A stretch of DNA of 64,000 nt from Oscillospiraceae bacterium (GCA_015063785.1 SVTM01000006.1:22979-86978); one strand, 5' to 3'. Positions 31,697 through 41,368 are shown, numbered from the stretch's first letter. Notes: generated by a model from the letters alone, not told the origin. Program-made: numbers and translations.

Positions 31697-34504
31697 TTAT
31701 TCGTCAGACTCGTTGAGTCCACAGCACTTCTTGTACTTTTTGCCGCTTCCGCAGGGGCAGGGGTCGTTTCTGCCGATTCTTTTTGTTATTCTTACGGGTT
31801 CTCTTGTTGCCTGGGGCTTTGCCGCCGAGCCATAAACGCTTGATCCCGGCACCTTGTTCTGCTGAACTGCGGTGACGTTTCCCGACTCTGCCTGCTTTGC
31901 GCCGACGATGGTCTTTGAAATATCAAGTCTTTCGACCTGCGAAACGGGAACCACGGCAAGCATTCTCTTTGCCGTCTCTTCACGGATGTTGGCAACCATT
32001 TCGTCAAACATCTGCGAGCCTTCGCGGTGGTATGCATCAATAGGCTTTACCTGACCGTAAGCACGCAGCCCAATGCTGCCGCGCAGATCGTCCATTGCCG
32101 AAATGTGCTCGACCCACGACTGGTCGACGGCACGCAAAAGAACGGCGCGTTCAACATCTCGAAGCTTTCCGTCGGGGAAAAGCTCTTCCTTAGATTCATA
32201 AAGCTTGTTGGCACGCTCAACAAGGATATCTTCAATATCCTCACGGGTAATGCGGTCAAAATCTTCTCTTGTATATCTGAAATCTTCCTCTGTGGTAAGA
32301 TATCCGAGGAAAACGGATCTTAACGATTCAAAGTTCCACTCGTCGGGAACGTCGCCCTTGAGATACTGGAAAACGGTATCGCGGACGTAATCTTCGATCA
32401 TACCGACGATGGTGGGCTTGATATTTGCACCCTCAAGAACGTCGCGGCGCTGACCATAGATCTTTTCTCTCTGCTGGTTCATTATGTCGTCGTACATAAG
32501 CACCGTCTTTCTGCGGTCATAGTTCTGACCCTCAAGACGCTTTTGTGCCGACTCAATCGAGTTTGAAAGAATGGAGGCGCTGATGGGCTCGTCCTCGCCG
32601 ATGCCAAGGCGCTTTACCATATTCACAATGTTTTCGCCTCCGAAAAGACGCATCAGATCGTCCTCCAGCGACAGGCAAAAACGGGATGCACCCGGGTCGC
32701 CCTGACGTCCCGAACGTCCGCGCAGCTGATTATCGATACGGCGGCTTTCGTGGCGTTCTGTACCAAGGATGAAAAGTCCTCCTGCCTCGGCAACTTTTTT
32801 TGCCTCGGGAGCGATCTCGTCCTCGTATTTTTTAAGATATGCGGCATATTCCTCGCGAAGAGCGATAATCTCCTCGTCGGCAGTGGCATAATAGCTTGTG
32901 GCGGCGCTGATTTCTTCGTCGGTGCGGCCCTGCTTTCTCATTTCGTTCTTTGCCATAAATTCGGGGTTGCCACCCAGCATAATATCGGTGCCTCGACCTG
33001 CCATGTTGGTCGAAATGGTAACTGCGCCGAATTTACCTGCCTGTGCAACAATCTCTGCCTCGCGTTCGTGGTACTTGGCATTGAGAACAGTGTGGGGAAT
33101 GCCCACCTTCTTCAAAAGTGCCGAAAGCTGTTCGGACTTTTCGATCGAAACGGTACCGACAAGCACGGGTTGTCCTTTTTCGTGGCATTCCTTTATCTGA
33201 CGGACAATGGCAGCAAGCTTGCCTCTTTCCGAAACAAATACGGCGTCGGGAAGATCGCGTCTGATCATCGGCTTGTTGGTGGGGATCTCGACAACGTCAA
33301 GGTTGTAGATTCCGCGGAATTCTTCCTCTTCGGTAAGAGCAGTACCCGTCATGCCAGAAAGCTTGGTGTACATACGGAAGTAATTCTGGAAAGTGATGGT
33401 AGCAAGAGTACGCGACTCGTTTTTGATCTTAACGCCCTCTTTTGCCTCGATGGCCTGGTGCAGACCGTTGGAATAGCGTCTGCCCTGCATGATACGGCCG
33501 GTAAAGGTGTCGACAATAAGCACCTCGTCGTCTTTCACAACATAGTCAATGTCGTTGCTCATGATACCGTGGGCACGGATCGCCTGATTGATGTGATGCG
33601 AAAGGGTTATGTTTTCTGGATCAGAAAGGTTTTCAATACCAAAATGCTGTTCTGCCTTTTTGATACCCGACGCCGTAAGCACGACTGTGCGTGCCTTTTC
33701 GTCGACGATATAATCTCCGTCCATCTGGTCGTTCTGCTGTTTGTCATCAAGCTCCTTGACCTTTGTAAGGCGAAGACCTCTGACAAATTTGTCGACCGAA
33801 ACGTAAAGCTCATTGGATTTTTCGGCAGTACCCGAAATGATAAGGGGTGTTCTTGCCTCGTCAATGAGGATAGAGTCGACTTCGTCGACGATGGCAAATG
33901 CGTGGCCGCGCTGTACCATGTCTTCTTTGTACGCAACCATATTGTCGCGCAGATAGTCAAATCCAAATTCGTTGTTGGTACCGTAAGTGATATCGCAGGC
34001 ATATGCCTCGCGACGGACGGAATTTTTAAGTCCGTTTACGATAAGTCCGACCGAAAGGCCAAGATAATTGTATACCTTGCCCATCCACTCGCTGTCGCGG
34101 CGGGCAAGATAGTCGTTTACGGTGACCACGTGCACGCCCTTGCCTGCAAGAGCGTTGAGATATGCGGGAAGGGTGGCCATAAGCGTTTTTCCTTCGCCGG
34201 TTTTCATCTCGGCAATACGGCCTTGATGAAGGATTATGCCGCCAATCAGCTGAACGCGGTAGTGGCGCTTGCCAAGCACTCGCCAGGATGCCTCGCGCAC
34301 ACACGCAAAAGCATCGGGCAGAATATCGTCAAGAGTTTCGCCCTCGGCAAGACGGTTTCTGAAAACTTCGGTACATCCGCGAAGCTCGGCTTCCGACATA
34401 TTCTTGTATTTATCCGAAAGAGCGTCGATCGAGTCGAGAAGCTTTGTAAGCTTTTTGACCTCGCGCTCGCTGTGGGTGCCAAATATTTTTGTTACTATCG
34501 ACAT
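31697..34504 (-). CDS. secA: preprotein translocase ATPase SecA
   Basis: MKTGEGKTL Walker A, DEVDSILIDEARTPLIISG, TNMAGRGTDI, and C-terminal zinc finger CPCGSGKKYKKCCG. Confidence 0.97.
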   Translation of the reverse strand: MSIVTKIFGTHSEREVKKLTKLLDSIDALSDKYKNMSEAELRGCTEVFRNRLAEGETLDDILPDAFACVREASWRVLGKRHYRVQLIGGIILHQGRIAEMKTGEGKTLMATLPAYLNALAGKGVHVVTVNDYLARRDSEWMGKVYNYLGLSVGLIVNGLKNSVRREAYACDITYGTNNEFGFDYLRDNMVAYKEDMVQRGHAFAIVDEVDSILIDEARTPLIISGTAEKSNELYVSVDKFVRGLRLTKVKELDDKQQNDQMDGDYIVDEKARTVVLTASGIKKAEQHFGIENLSDPENITLSHHINQAIRAHGIMSNDIDYVVKDDEVLIVDTFTGRIMQGRRYSNGLHQAIEAKEGVKIKNESRTLATITFQNYFRMYTKLSGMTGTALTEEEEFRGIYNLDVVEIPTNKPMIRRDLPDAVFVSERGKLAAIVRQIKECHEKGQPVLVGTVSIEKSEQLSALLKKVGIPHTVLNAKYHEREAEIVAQAGKFGAVTISTNMAGRGTDIMLGGNPEFMAKNEMRKQGRTDEEISAATSYYATADEEIIALREEYAAYLKKYEDEIAPEAKKVAEAGGLFILGTERHESRRIDNQLRGRSGRQGDPGASRFCLSLEDDLMRLFGGENIVNMVKRLGIGEDEPISASILSNSIESAQKRLEGQNYDRRKTVLMYDDIMNQQREKIYGQRRDVLEGANIKPTIVGMIEDYVRDTVFQYLKGDVPDEWNFESLRSVFLGYLTTEEDFRYTREDFDRITREDIEDILVERANKLYESKEELFPDGKLRDVERAVLLRAVDQSWVEHISAMDDLRGSIGLRAYGQVKPIDAYHREGSQMFDEMVANIREETAKRMLAVVPVSQVERLDISKTIVGAKQAESGNVTAVQQNKVPGSSVYGSAAKPQATREPVRITKRIGRNDPCPCGSGKKYKKCCGLNESDE

Positions 34505-34531
34505 AAGTTATTCTCCTGTAATATTGTTGGC

Positions 34532-35137
34532 TCAGTTAAAGCTGAAGCTTGAAAGCACCTTGGTGAAACCGCCGTGGAACTCATCAAAGGTGTCCTTGCC
34601 GTTGGCGGTGTAGGTAAGGTAATAGCAGTATGTGTATTCTGTGGTGGGAAGCAGTGCAAAAACCGTTTCAAAGAAAAATTCTTCTTCTGTCACAGGATCT
34701 TTCCAGCTGTACGAAACAAGCTTGCCCGTGGTGCCGTCGATCTCGATGTCGCCGATATTTCCGTCATACGCGGTCGAGCCGAATTCGGTGCAGACAGCCT
34801 GCATATATTCGGGAACATATTTGTCAAGCAGGGCAGAGTAGTAGTTTCCGTCCTCGGCGTCGGCATAATCCGCAAGATCTTCGTCGATAACTGCAAAGAG
34901 AACCGAAATATTTGCGGTCTTGCCCGATGCCTCGCTCGTGGGGGATTCGACGGCGTACATGCTGTCATCGCGCAAGACGCTCCAATCGGAAGAATATGTG
35001 AAGGTATAGTCGCGGCCGTCGGGCTCGGCAACTGCATCGCCAGCATTCACTGTCTTTTTGCCGGTGCAGGATGCGGTGAAGAGCAGCCCCGATGCAAGAA
35101 GCAGAACGGCGGCTTTTTTGATAGGTGTTTTTTTCAT
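34532..35137 (-). CDS. lipoprotein of unknown function (possibly PsbP/DcrB-like fold)
   Basis: Signal plus lipobox LLASGLLFTASC. Ends 27 nt upstream of secA on the same strand. Confidence 0.6.
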   Translation of the reverse strand: MKKTPIKKAAVLLLASGLLFTASCTGKKTVNAGDAVAEPDGRDYTFTYSSDWSVLRDDSMYAVESPTSEASGKTANISVLFAVIDEDLADYADAEDGNYYSALLDKYVPEYMQAVCTEFGSTAYDGNIGDIEIDGTTGKLVSYSWKDPVTEEEFFFETVFALLPTTEYTYCYYLTYTANGKDTFDEFHGGFTKVLSSFSFN

Positions 35138-35405
35138 GATTTTATGTGCCTTTTGCCTTTCATAAAAATTTTATGTCTGAGTTTCAGATACATTGCTTTT
35201 GAATGCCACAGGCGACAATATGCCAATGTACATACGCATTCATTTTATATTATATTATACCTCGGCGGAAATTTATACACAACTTTGTAAACATTTGAAT
35301 ATATTATTCTTTTCGTCTTAAAGGGGTGTTAAAAAAGTCGGGGCGGTATACAGATTTCACAAAAAACATTTTTCAAATTTGTAAAAGATGCCATGGCGGT
35401 TTTTC

Positions 35406-35434
35406 TTGTTTATTTTATAATAATGTGATATAAT
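35406..35434 (+). promoter_or_regulatory. sigma-A promoter (extended -10) for the SLH/beta-helix gene
   Basis: TTGTTT (35406-35411), 17-nt spacer, TGaTATAAT (35426-35434). Confidence 0.6.
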
Positions 35435-35479
35435 TATTTCGAGTCTGCAAAGACACAAAAACCAGAAAAGGAGTCAAAT

Positions 35480-38400
35480 ATGAAAAAGACAAGAATTCTT
35501 TCCGTGATCCTCGCTCTTATTCTCGTCATCTGCGCTGTTCCCTTCACAGCGTCGGCGGCAGATCCCGAAGTGCTCGTGATCAACGAAGAACGCATCGCCC
35601 TTGTTAATTCCTTCGGCAAGATGAACTACGAAGGCAAGGCGTATTCAACCTTCAGAAGTTTTGAAGATGCTTTCAACGCCATTGGCAAGGAAGGCGGCAC
35701 CATCGTATTTACAGGTAACATCAACCTCCCCAACTTCAAGGACATTGAGGGCAGAAAGCCCATCACCCTTAAAGGCATGGGCACAAAGGTAACAGGTAAC
35801 CTTCTCAACCTTTCGGGCACAGCAGAAGCTCCCCTTATGGAGATCGTTCTTGAAGGCGACCTTATCCTCGATTTCGTTATGCTCAGAACAGCCCCCGGTG
35901 CATATATCTACACCAACGGCTTCAGCTTCGAAACCATCAACGAATCCGACACATACTACGTTGAACACTACGGCGTTCCCGAAAGCGAACGTTTTGAATA
36001 CCGCGATTCTCCCTCTGTTGCAGTGGGCGAGCTTTCTTCGGGCTCTGCGGCGATCGAACTCAACGAAGGTTCTTTCGAAACCCTCGCCGCAGGTTCTGTT
36101 AACGGCAAGACCATCAACGGCAACACCTTCGTTTCGCTCAGCGGTGGCAAGGTTGCCAACGTTATCGGTGCCAATGCAAGCGCAGGCACCATGACCGGTG
36201 ACGCCCACATGACCATCGGCGAAGGCGACATCGCAAAGCTCGTTGCAGGATCAAGCGCCGGCACAGTTAACGGTAACGTCATCGTCAAGATCGGCGGCGG
36301 CAACATTTCCGATGCTGTTATCGGTGCAGAAGCAGGTGCTACAATCAACGGTAATGTTGTTGTTGCTCTCAACGGCGGCAACTTCGGCGGCACCATCAAG
36401 GCAGGTGCAGGCACCGTTACAGGCAAAAAAATCGTTATCACAGGCGCAGATGCAGTAGCTACTCTTGCAGACGGCGCGGCTGACGTTGTTGTAAAGATCA
36501 CAGGCGGTCTTTGCGAGCCCGTTCTTGAAGGCGCAACTCTCAAGGGTTATCAGTTCACAGACAGCTATGGCGTTCCCCTCACAACAGCCACCATCAACGG
36601 CGCGGCAGTTACAGCGGCAGACTATCTCTTCCAGCTTCCCGACGGTGTATCGACAGTTGTTGTTGAATCCAAGGTAAACGTCGGTCTCAACCCCAACGCA
36701 AACTACGTTGCAGGCTACGAAGACGGAACATTCCTTCCCCAGAACAACATGACAAGAGCAGAAGCCATCACCCTTCTCTCCAGACTCATCACCGACGAAT
36801 CCAACATCAAGGGCCACGTAAAGTCCAACTACTCCGACGTCCCCGAAGGAGCATGGTACGAATCTTACATCGGCTTCTTTGAAAAGCTTGGTCTTCTTGA
36901 CACCATCGCCGAAAGAGGCGGCACCTTGATCAAGCCCACACAGAACATCACAAGAGCTGAATTTGCAGAGCTCATCTATCGCATCGCACTTCTCGGCGAA
37001 CCCGTTTCCTCCCTTAAGGCAGGCGAGCTCACCGACGTCAAGTGGAACCACAAGTATATCTCGGCTATCTATTACACATATGGCTGTGGCATCGTAACAG
37101 GTTACGACGACGGCTCGTTCAAGCCCGAAAACAGCATCACCCGTGCAGAAGTTGTCACAATGGTAAACCGCTTCCTCGGCAGAGTTCCCACAGGTGCGGC
37201 AGGCGCAGTTTCCTTCTCGGACACAGCAAACCACTGGGCAAACGGTCAGATCCTTGCTGCCTGCAACCCCGAAGGCGTTGCATGGACAAAGAAGGTTGAA
37301 ACCGCAGGCTATTCCATCACAGGCACAAACACCGAAAGCTACATCAAGGGTCTTTATGATCAGACCGCAACCCTTTCGGGCGATCAGATCCGCGCAGGCG
37401 TTGACACCATCGCGGAACAGATGAAGAAAGACATCATCAACACGCCCAACACCGAAGAGATCTACGGTGCTGAAATGACAGGTCAGAAATACTACGTTTC
37501 CGAAAAGAGCGGAAATGACGACAACGACGGTAAGACCCCCGAAACAGCTTGGAAGACAGCGGCAGGTATTTCTAAGAATATCCGCTTCCCCAAGAAGGGT
37601 ACATCCATCCTCTTCGAGCGCGGCGGCGTATACCGCGGCTCTGTTCCCACAATGAACGGCGTTATCTACGGTTCTTACGGCACAGGCGAAAAGCCCGTAC
37701 TTATGCAGTCCAAGAAGAACTATGCTGACGAAGCTCTTTGGGTTGAAACCCAGTGGGAAAACGTATATCTCTGCACAGACAAGCTCGTAAACGTCGGCAT
37801 CATCGCATTTGACCACGACCTTTATGATTACACAGAAAGCGCATACGATGAAACCTACGGTATCATCATGAACCCCAACACCTACGGTGTTACAGGTCCC
37901 GAATCGCTTAGCGGTGACCTCCAGTTCTTCTCGGCTCTTCCCGGCGGAGCCACAGGCACAGCAGCAGAGCTTTATCTCTACTCCAAGGACGGCAACCCCG
38001 GCAAGCGCTTTAAGTCGATCGAAATCGGCGAAAGAATCAACATCTTCTCGGGCTCGCCCGCAGGCTTTACTCTCGATAACGTTTCGATGAAGTTCGGCGG
38101 CGGCCATGGTGTCGGCTTCGGTACCTGTTCCAACGTCCGCGTAACAAACTGTATCTTCTCGTGGATCGGCGGATCTGTTCTTAGCTCGAACAACAACAGC
38201 TGGGTAACAAACTACGGTAACGCAATTGAGATCTACGGCGGATGCTCGGGCTACGACGTAAAGAACAACTGGATCTATCAGATCTACGACACAGGTGTAA
38301 CACATCAGCGTTCGTCCTCCACAGGCAACTGTATCCAGGAAAACGTAAACTACATCGGCAACCTTATCGAATACGTATTCTGGGGCATCGAGTTCTACAA

Positions 38401-38839
38401 CGCACCTCCCACAGCTGCACAGCTTAACGGTGCCAAGGACACATATACCAGAATCACCAAGAACGTAACCAGTGCATACAACGTGCTCAGATACGGCGGT
38501 TACGGTTGGGGATCCATCGTAAGATACAGATCCTGCCAGCTCTATTGCGGCTCTACACTTTCGGAAAACGAAAACTGTAAGGCAGAATACAACATCTTTG
38601 ACAGAGCAACAGGCTATCTGCTCAACCTCCCCTCCAACTCCACAGAAGTTGAAGATAAAAATATCTACATCCAGACCATCGGCGCTCCTCTCGGAAACCT
38701 CAAGGGCGTTACCGCAACCTGCGGATACGACTCTCTGACATCCCTCAAGAACCGCTGGGGCGACCAGAACGCAGTTCTCGTCCTCATCGACCCGAACATC
38801 GAACCCATCGTTCTTGAAAAGCCCGAAGGCCTTGCATAA
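35480..38839 (+). CDS. secreted cell-wall protein: N-terminal beta-helical repeats, central triple SLH module, C-terminal right-handed beta-helix domain
   Basis: Signal peptide MKKTRILSVILALILVICAVPFTASA. 25-residue coils (GG.V..VIGA.A.AGT..G). Three SLH motifs. C-terminal YYVSEKSGNDDNDGKTPETAW...GGGHGVGF...YGNAIEIY. Confidence 0.85.
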   Translation: MKKTRILSVILALILVICAVPFTASAADPEVLVINEERIALVNSFGKMNYEGKAYSTFRSFEDAFNAIGKEGGTIVFTGNINLPNFKDIEGRKPITLKGMGTKVTGNLLNLSGTAEAPLMEIVLEGDLILDFVMLRTAPGAYIYTNGFSFETINESDTYYVEHYGVPESERFEYRDSPSVAVGELSSGSAAIELNEGSFETLAAGSVNGKTINGNTFVSLSGGKVANVIGANASAGTMTGDAHMTIGEGDIAKLVAGSSAGTVNGNVIVKIGGGNISDAVIGAEAGATINGNVVVALNGGNFGGTIKAGAGTVTGKKIVITGADAVATLADGAADVVVKITGGLCEPVLEGATLKGYQFTDSYGVPLTTATINGAAVTAADYLFQLPDGVSTVVVESKVNVGLNPNANYVAGYEDGTFLPQNNMTRAEAITLLSRLITDESNIKGHVKSNYSDVPEGAWYESYIGFFEKLGLLDTIAERGGTLIKPTQNITRAEFAELIYRIALLGEPVSSLKAGELTDVKWNHKYISAIYYTYGCGIVTGYDDGSFKPENSITRAEVVTMVNRFLGRVPTGAAGAVSFSDTANHWANGQILAACNPEGVAWTKKVETAGYSITGTNTESYIKGLYDQTATLSGDQIRAGVDTIAEQMKKDIINTPNTEEIYGAEMTGQKYYVSEKSGNDDNDGKTPETAWKTAAGISKNIRFPKKGTSILFERGGVYRGSVPTMNGVIYGSYGTGEKPVLMQSKKNYADEALWVETQWENVYLCTDKLVNVGIIAFDHDLYDYTESAYDETYGIIMNPNTYGVTGPESLSGDLQFFSALPGGATGTAAELYLYSKDGNPGKRFKSIEIGERINIFSGSPAGFTLDNVSMKFGGGHGVGFGTCSNVRVTNCIFSWIGGSVLSSNNNSWVTNYGNAIEIYGGCSGYDVKNNWIYQIYDTGVTHQRSSSTGNCIQENVNYIGNLIEYVFWGIEFYNAPPTAAQLNGAKDTYTRITKNVTSAYNVLRYGGYGWGSIVRYRSCQLYCGSTLSENENCKAEYNIFDRATGYLLNLPSNSTEVEDKNIYIQTIGAPLGNLKGVTATCGYDSLTSLKNRWGDQNAVLVLIDPNIEPIVLEKPEGLA
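36690..37185 (+). other. three S-layer homology (SLH) motifs, located internally in the protein
   Basis: YVAGYEDGTFLPQNNMTRAEAITLLSRL; YSDVPEGAWYESYIGFFEKLGLLD...ITRAEFAELIYRI; HKYISAIYYTYGCGIVTGYDDGSFKPENSITRAEVVTMVNRFL. Confidence 0.8.
37490..38836 (+). other. C-terminal beta-helix domain paralogous to the 13420-14661 protein
   Basis: Collinear similarity: YYVS..G.D.NDG.(S/T)PE.AWK.., ..YGSYGTGEKPVL matches TSYGEGKKPVV, and GGGHGVGF matches GGHGINGV. Confidence 0.7.
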
Positions 38840-38852
38840 GTCTTAACCATCA

Positions 38853-38882
38853 AGCACCCGCGATTTTCGCGGGTGCTTTTTT
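38853..38882 (+). terminator. rho-independent terminator
   Basis: AGCACCCGCG (38853-38862) pairs with CGCGGGTGCT (38868-38877), followed by TTTTTT. Confidence 0.9.
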
Positions 38883-38904
38883 GCCGCCGCAACCGCAGTA
38901 TAGA

Positions 38905-38933
38905 TTGATTTTCGGGCAATAGTGTGGTATAAT
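38905..38933 (+). promoter_or_regulatory. sigma-A promoter (extended -10) upstream of sanA
   Basis: TTGATT (38905-38910), 17-nt spacer, TGgTATAAT (38925-38933). Leaves a ~145-nt 5' UTR. Confidence 0.6.
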
Positions 38934-39086
38934 TATTCAAGCGAAGCTCTAATTCAGCAAAATTCTCGTTCCGCACGCCAAATTACTCCGTAGCTAAATT
39001 GACCTTCGGTCAGCTAAGCAGCTCGCGAATTGCACTTTGTCCACTAAACTATCCTTATGTATGGCAGGGCTACAAGAGAGGTAAAA

Positions 39087-39773
39087 ATGATAAGGTTCTT
39101 CAAACGCATAATAAAGCTTATAAAACTTTTCGTTATTCTGGCAATCCTTTTTGTGATCGCAACCAACGTTTATGTCTGCGTGACAACGAGTGAAAGGATA
39201 TACAACCCGGCAGATTTTTCGGCAGGAGAAAAGTACGACTGTATTCTCATTCTCGGTGCAGGAGTGCGTCCCGACGGCACACCGTCGAAAATGCTGGAAG
39301 AACGCCTTGCGTGCGGGCTTCAGCTTTACAAAGCAGGCGTTGCCGAAAAAATAATCGTCAGCGGCGACAACGGACAAGAGCATTACGACGAAGTAAACCC
39401 CATGAAAGCATGGCTTGTTGCAAACGGCGTGCCCTCGCAGAATATTTTCATGGATCACGCCGGCTTTTCCACCTATGACAGCGTCTACCGCGCCCGCGCC
39501 ATCTTTCTTGCCCACAAGGTCTGCATCGTCAGCCAAAAATATCACCTCTTCCGCGCCATTTTTCTTGCCGATGCTCTGTCGCTTGATGCGGTGGGTGTCG
39601 ATGCACACAAGGTCAGCTACAATGGCCGCGAAATGCGCGAGCTACGCGAGGTGGCAGCACGCTCCAAGGACACGATAAGCGCCGTTTTTAAACCCAAGCC
39701 CAAATATCTCGGCGATGTCATTCCCGTTTTTGGCGACGGCAACGTGACAAATGACAAAACAGGCGAAGATTGA
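39087..39773 (+). CDS. sanA: SanA/YdcF-like DUF218 membrane-anchored protein
   Basis: N-terminal TM segment (IKLIKLFVILAILFVIATNVYV), then DCILILGAGVRPDG.PS.MLEERL and IIVSGDNG..HYDEVNPM motifs. Confidence 0.7.
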   Translation: MIRFFKRIIKLIKLFVILAILFVIATNVYVCVTTSERIYNPADFSAGEKYDCILILGAGVRPDGTPSKMLEERLACGLQLYKAGVAEKIIVSGDNGQEHYDEVNPMKAWLVANGVPSQNIFMDHAGFSTYDSVYRARAIFLAHKVCIVSQKYHLFRAIFLADALSLDAVGVDAHKVSYNGREMRELREVAARSKDTISAVFKPKPKYLGDVIPVFGDGNVTNDKTGED

Positions 39774-39794
39774 TGCGGTAATTTCTCGTTTTAC

Positions 39795-39824
39795 TTGACA
39801 TAAACCACCGGTTTATAGTATACT
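39795..39824 (+). promoter_or_regulatory. sigma-A promoter for the 39847-41325 three-gene operon
   Basis: TTGACA (39795-39800), 18-nt spacer, TATACT (39819-39824). Confidence 0.6.
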
Positions 39825-39846
39825 ATTTTCGAAAGGAGTGAAATAA

Positions 39847-40317
39847 ATGGCAAAAAATTTTGAACCCTGTTTTGGCAAACAAAACGATTTTATCCGCTAC
39901 AGTCCCATAGTGCTGAATATAGAGGACAACGAAAATTCTTTGCGCATTATTTACGCTCTTACGAAAGTTGGCGAAAAAGGCGAGGGGATAGCCCCCGCTC
40001 TTCCCAAAAAGCTCAAGGACGCCCTTTCCGATTCCCGTCCCGTTTATGCCGACAACGAAGATGTTTTCGAGATATATTTCAGCGATTATCTCGTCTATCA
40101 GGTCAGAAACGAGATCTTTGCCAAACGCAACGACAAAGACAAGGAACTCGGAAAATGGCTCACGGTTTTCGAAAGCTCTCGCTATCTTGACTACAACGGG
40201 ATCGCTCCGGGTCTCCCCATTAAACACTACGGCATCTGGTCCGAATGGCAGATTATTGATGTAATTTCGGATAGCGTGCCGACCGTCAGAAAGATTTCAC
40301 TCAAAAAGGAGAACTAA
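39847..40317 (+). CDS. hypothetical cytoplasmic protein (156 aa), no recognisable motifs
   Basis: AAAGGAG RBS, ATG 39847. Stop lies 2 nt before the next gene. No signal peptide or TM segment. Confidence 0.55.
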   Translation: MAKNFEPCFGKQNDFIRYSPIVLNIEDNENSLRIIYALTKVGEKGEGIAPALPKKLKDALSDSRPVYADNEDVFEIYFSDYLVYQVRNEIFAKRNDKDKELGKWLTVFESSRYLDYNGIAPGLPIKHYGIWSEWQIIDVISDSVPTVRKISLKKEN

Positions 40318-40319
40318 AA

Positions 40320-41009
40320 ATGAAGCTTGCCATCGAAGACAACACAGTAAGTTCAGAAAACCAATTGCTTCCCACAGGCACCGCAAGACGCTTTGACCTG
40401 CCCAACGCAAAGCTGAAAATTGCCATCGTCGGCAATTCCATCACCTGCCACGGTGTGCTTCCGTCTATCGGCTGGCACAACGAATGGGGCATGGCAGCGT
40501 CAAGCGAAGACAAGGATTATTTCCACCTCGTCATGAACGATTTCAGAAAAAAATATCCCGACACCTCTTTTATCCGCATCCAGGCGGCAGACTGGGAACG
40601 CGAATTCTGGAAAGAGCCGCAGGATTATCCGCTTCAGCTCAAGGCGCTTTATGAATACGATGCCGACATCATCGTTTTCAGACTTTCCGAAAACTGCGCA
40701 AAGGAAAACTGTGAAAAGTATGACTTTGCAAAGGGCTTTATGACCTTGTGCGATCATTTTTCGCGCGGGGGAAAGTGCAAGCTTCTCATCACCGATTCTT
40801 TTTGGTACAGTCCATGGACAGCAGAAGGCGTGGAAAAAGCGGCGCAGAAATACTGCACAAAAACATTAAAGATCTCGGACCTCGGCGAGCGCGACGACAT
40901 GAAAGCGCTTGGCCTTTTTGAGCACGCAGGAGTTGCCGGTCACCCGGGTGATGCCGGAATGCGCGCCATCGCCGACAGAATACTTGAAAGACTTTTTGAG
41001 ATGATATAA
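40320..41009 (+). CDS. SGNH/GDSL-like hydrolase
   Basis: Block I IAIVGNSITCHG. C-terminal GVAGHPGDAGMRAIADRI resembles block V (D-x-x-H region). Confidence 0.6.
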   Translation: MKLAIEDNTVSSENQLLPTGTARRFDLPNAKLKIAIVGNSITCHGVLPSIGWHNEWGMAASSEDKDYFHLVMNDFRKKYPDTSFIRIQAADWEREFWKEPQDYPLQLKALYEYDADIIVFRLSENCAKENCEKYDFAKGFMTLCDHFSRGGKCKLLITDSFWYSPWTAEGVEKAAQKYCTKTLKISDLGERDDMKALGLFEHAGVAGHPGDAGMRAIADRILERLFEMI

Positions 41010-41022
41010 AGGAGAAAAACAA

Positions 41023-41325
41023 ATGTCAGAACTTTTAATGGAAATCCTTGAGGCCACCATGGTTTTGTGCTTTGGCATATCCTGGCCCCTTTCTATCGTA
41101 AAATCCTATCGTGCCCGCACCGCAAAGGGCAAGAGCCTGCTTTTCCTTTTGTTTATCTTTACGGGCTACGTGGCAGGAATCGCGTGGAAAATGATCCTGC
41201 TTGCCGAAACGGGCGAGATCAAATGGCCGACCTACTTCTATTTTCTAAACCTTATCATGGTAGGCACAGACATCGTCATGTATTTCAGAAACAAAAGGCT
41301 CGATGCCAAAAACGAAACAAAATAA
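41023..41325 (+). CDS. small 3-TM membrane protein, PQ-loop / SemiSWEET-like (tentative)
   Basis: 100 aa with three hydrophobic helices. TM1 end ISWPLSIVKSYRARTAKGKS resembles the PQ-loop motif (PQxxKxxxxKSxxGxS) with P-L in place of P-Q. Confidence 0.4.
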   Translation: MSELLMEILEATMVLCFGISWPLSIVKSYRARTAKGKSLLFLLFIFTGYVAGIAWKMILLAETGEIKWPTYFYFLNLIMVGTDIVMYFRNKRLDAKNETK

Positions 41326-41368
41326 AAACAAAAGAGCAACGTTTCAAAAATGAACGTTGCTCTTTTTT
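41325..41368. terminator. bidirectional rho-independent terminator between convergent genes
   Basis: AAGAGCAACGTT (41332-41343) pairs with AACGTTGCTCTT (41353-41364), flanked by an A-rich run and TTTT. Confidence 0.85.

Noticed and set aside
32750-34552. 600-aa ORF on the plus strand.
   Set aside because: It is antisense to secA, whose identity is unambiguous. It is a shadow frame.
36251-38305. 684-aa ORF on the minus strand.
   Set aside because: It is antisense to the SLH/beta-helix gene. It has the same Cys/Val-rich shadow-frame composition and no translation signals.
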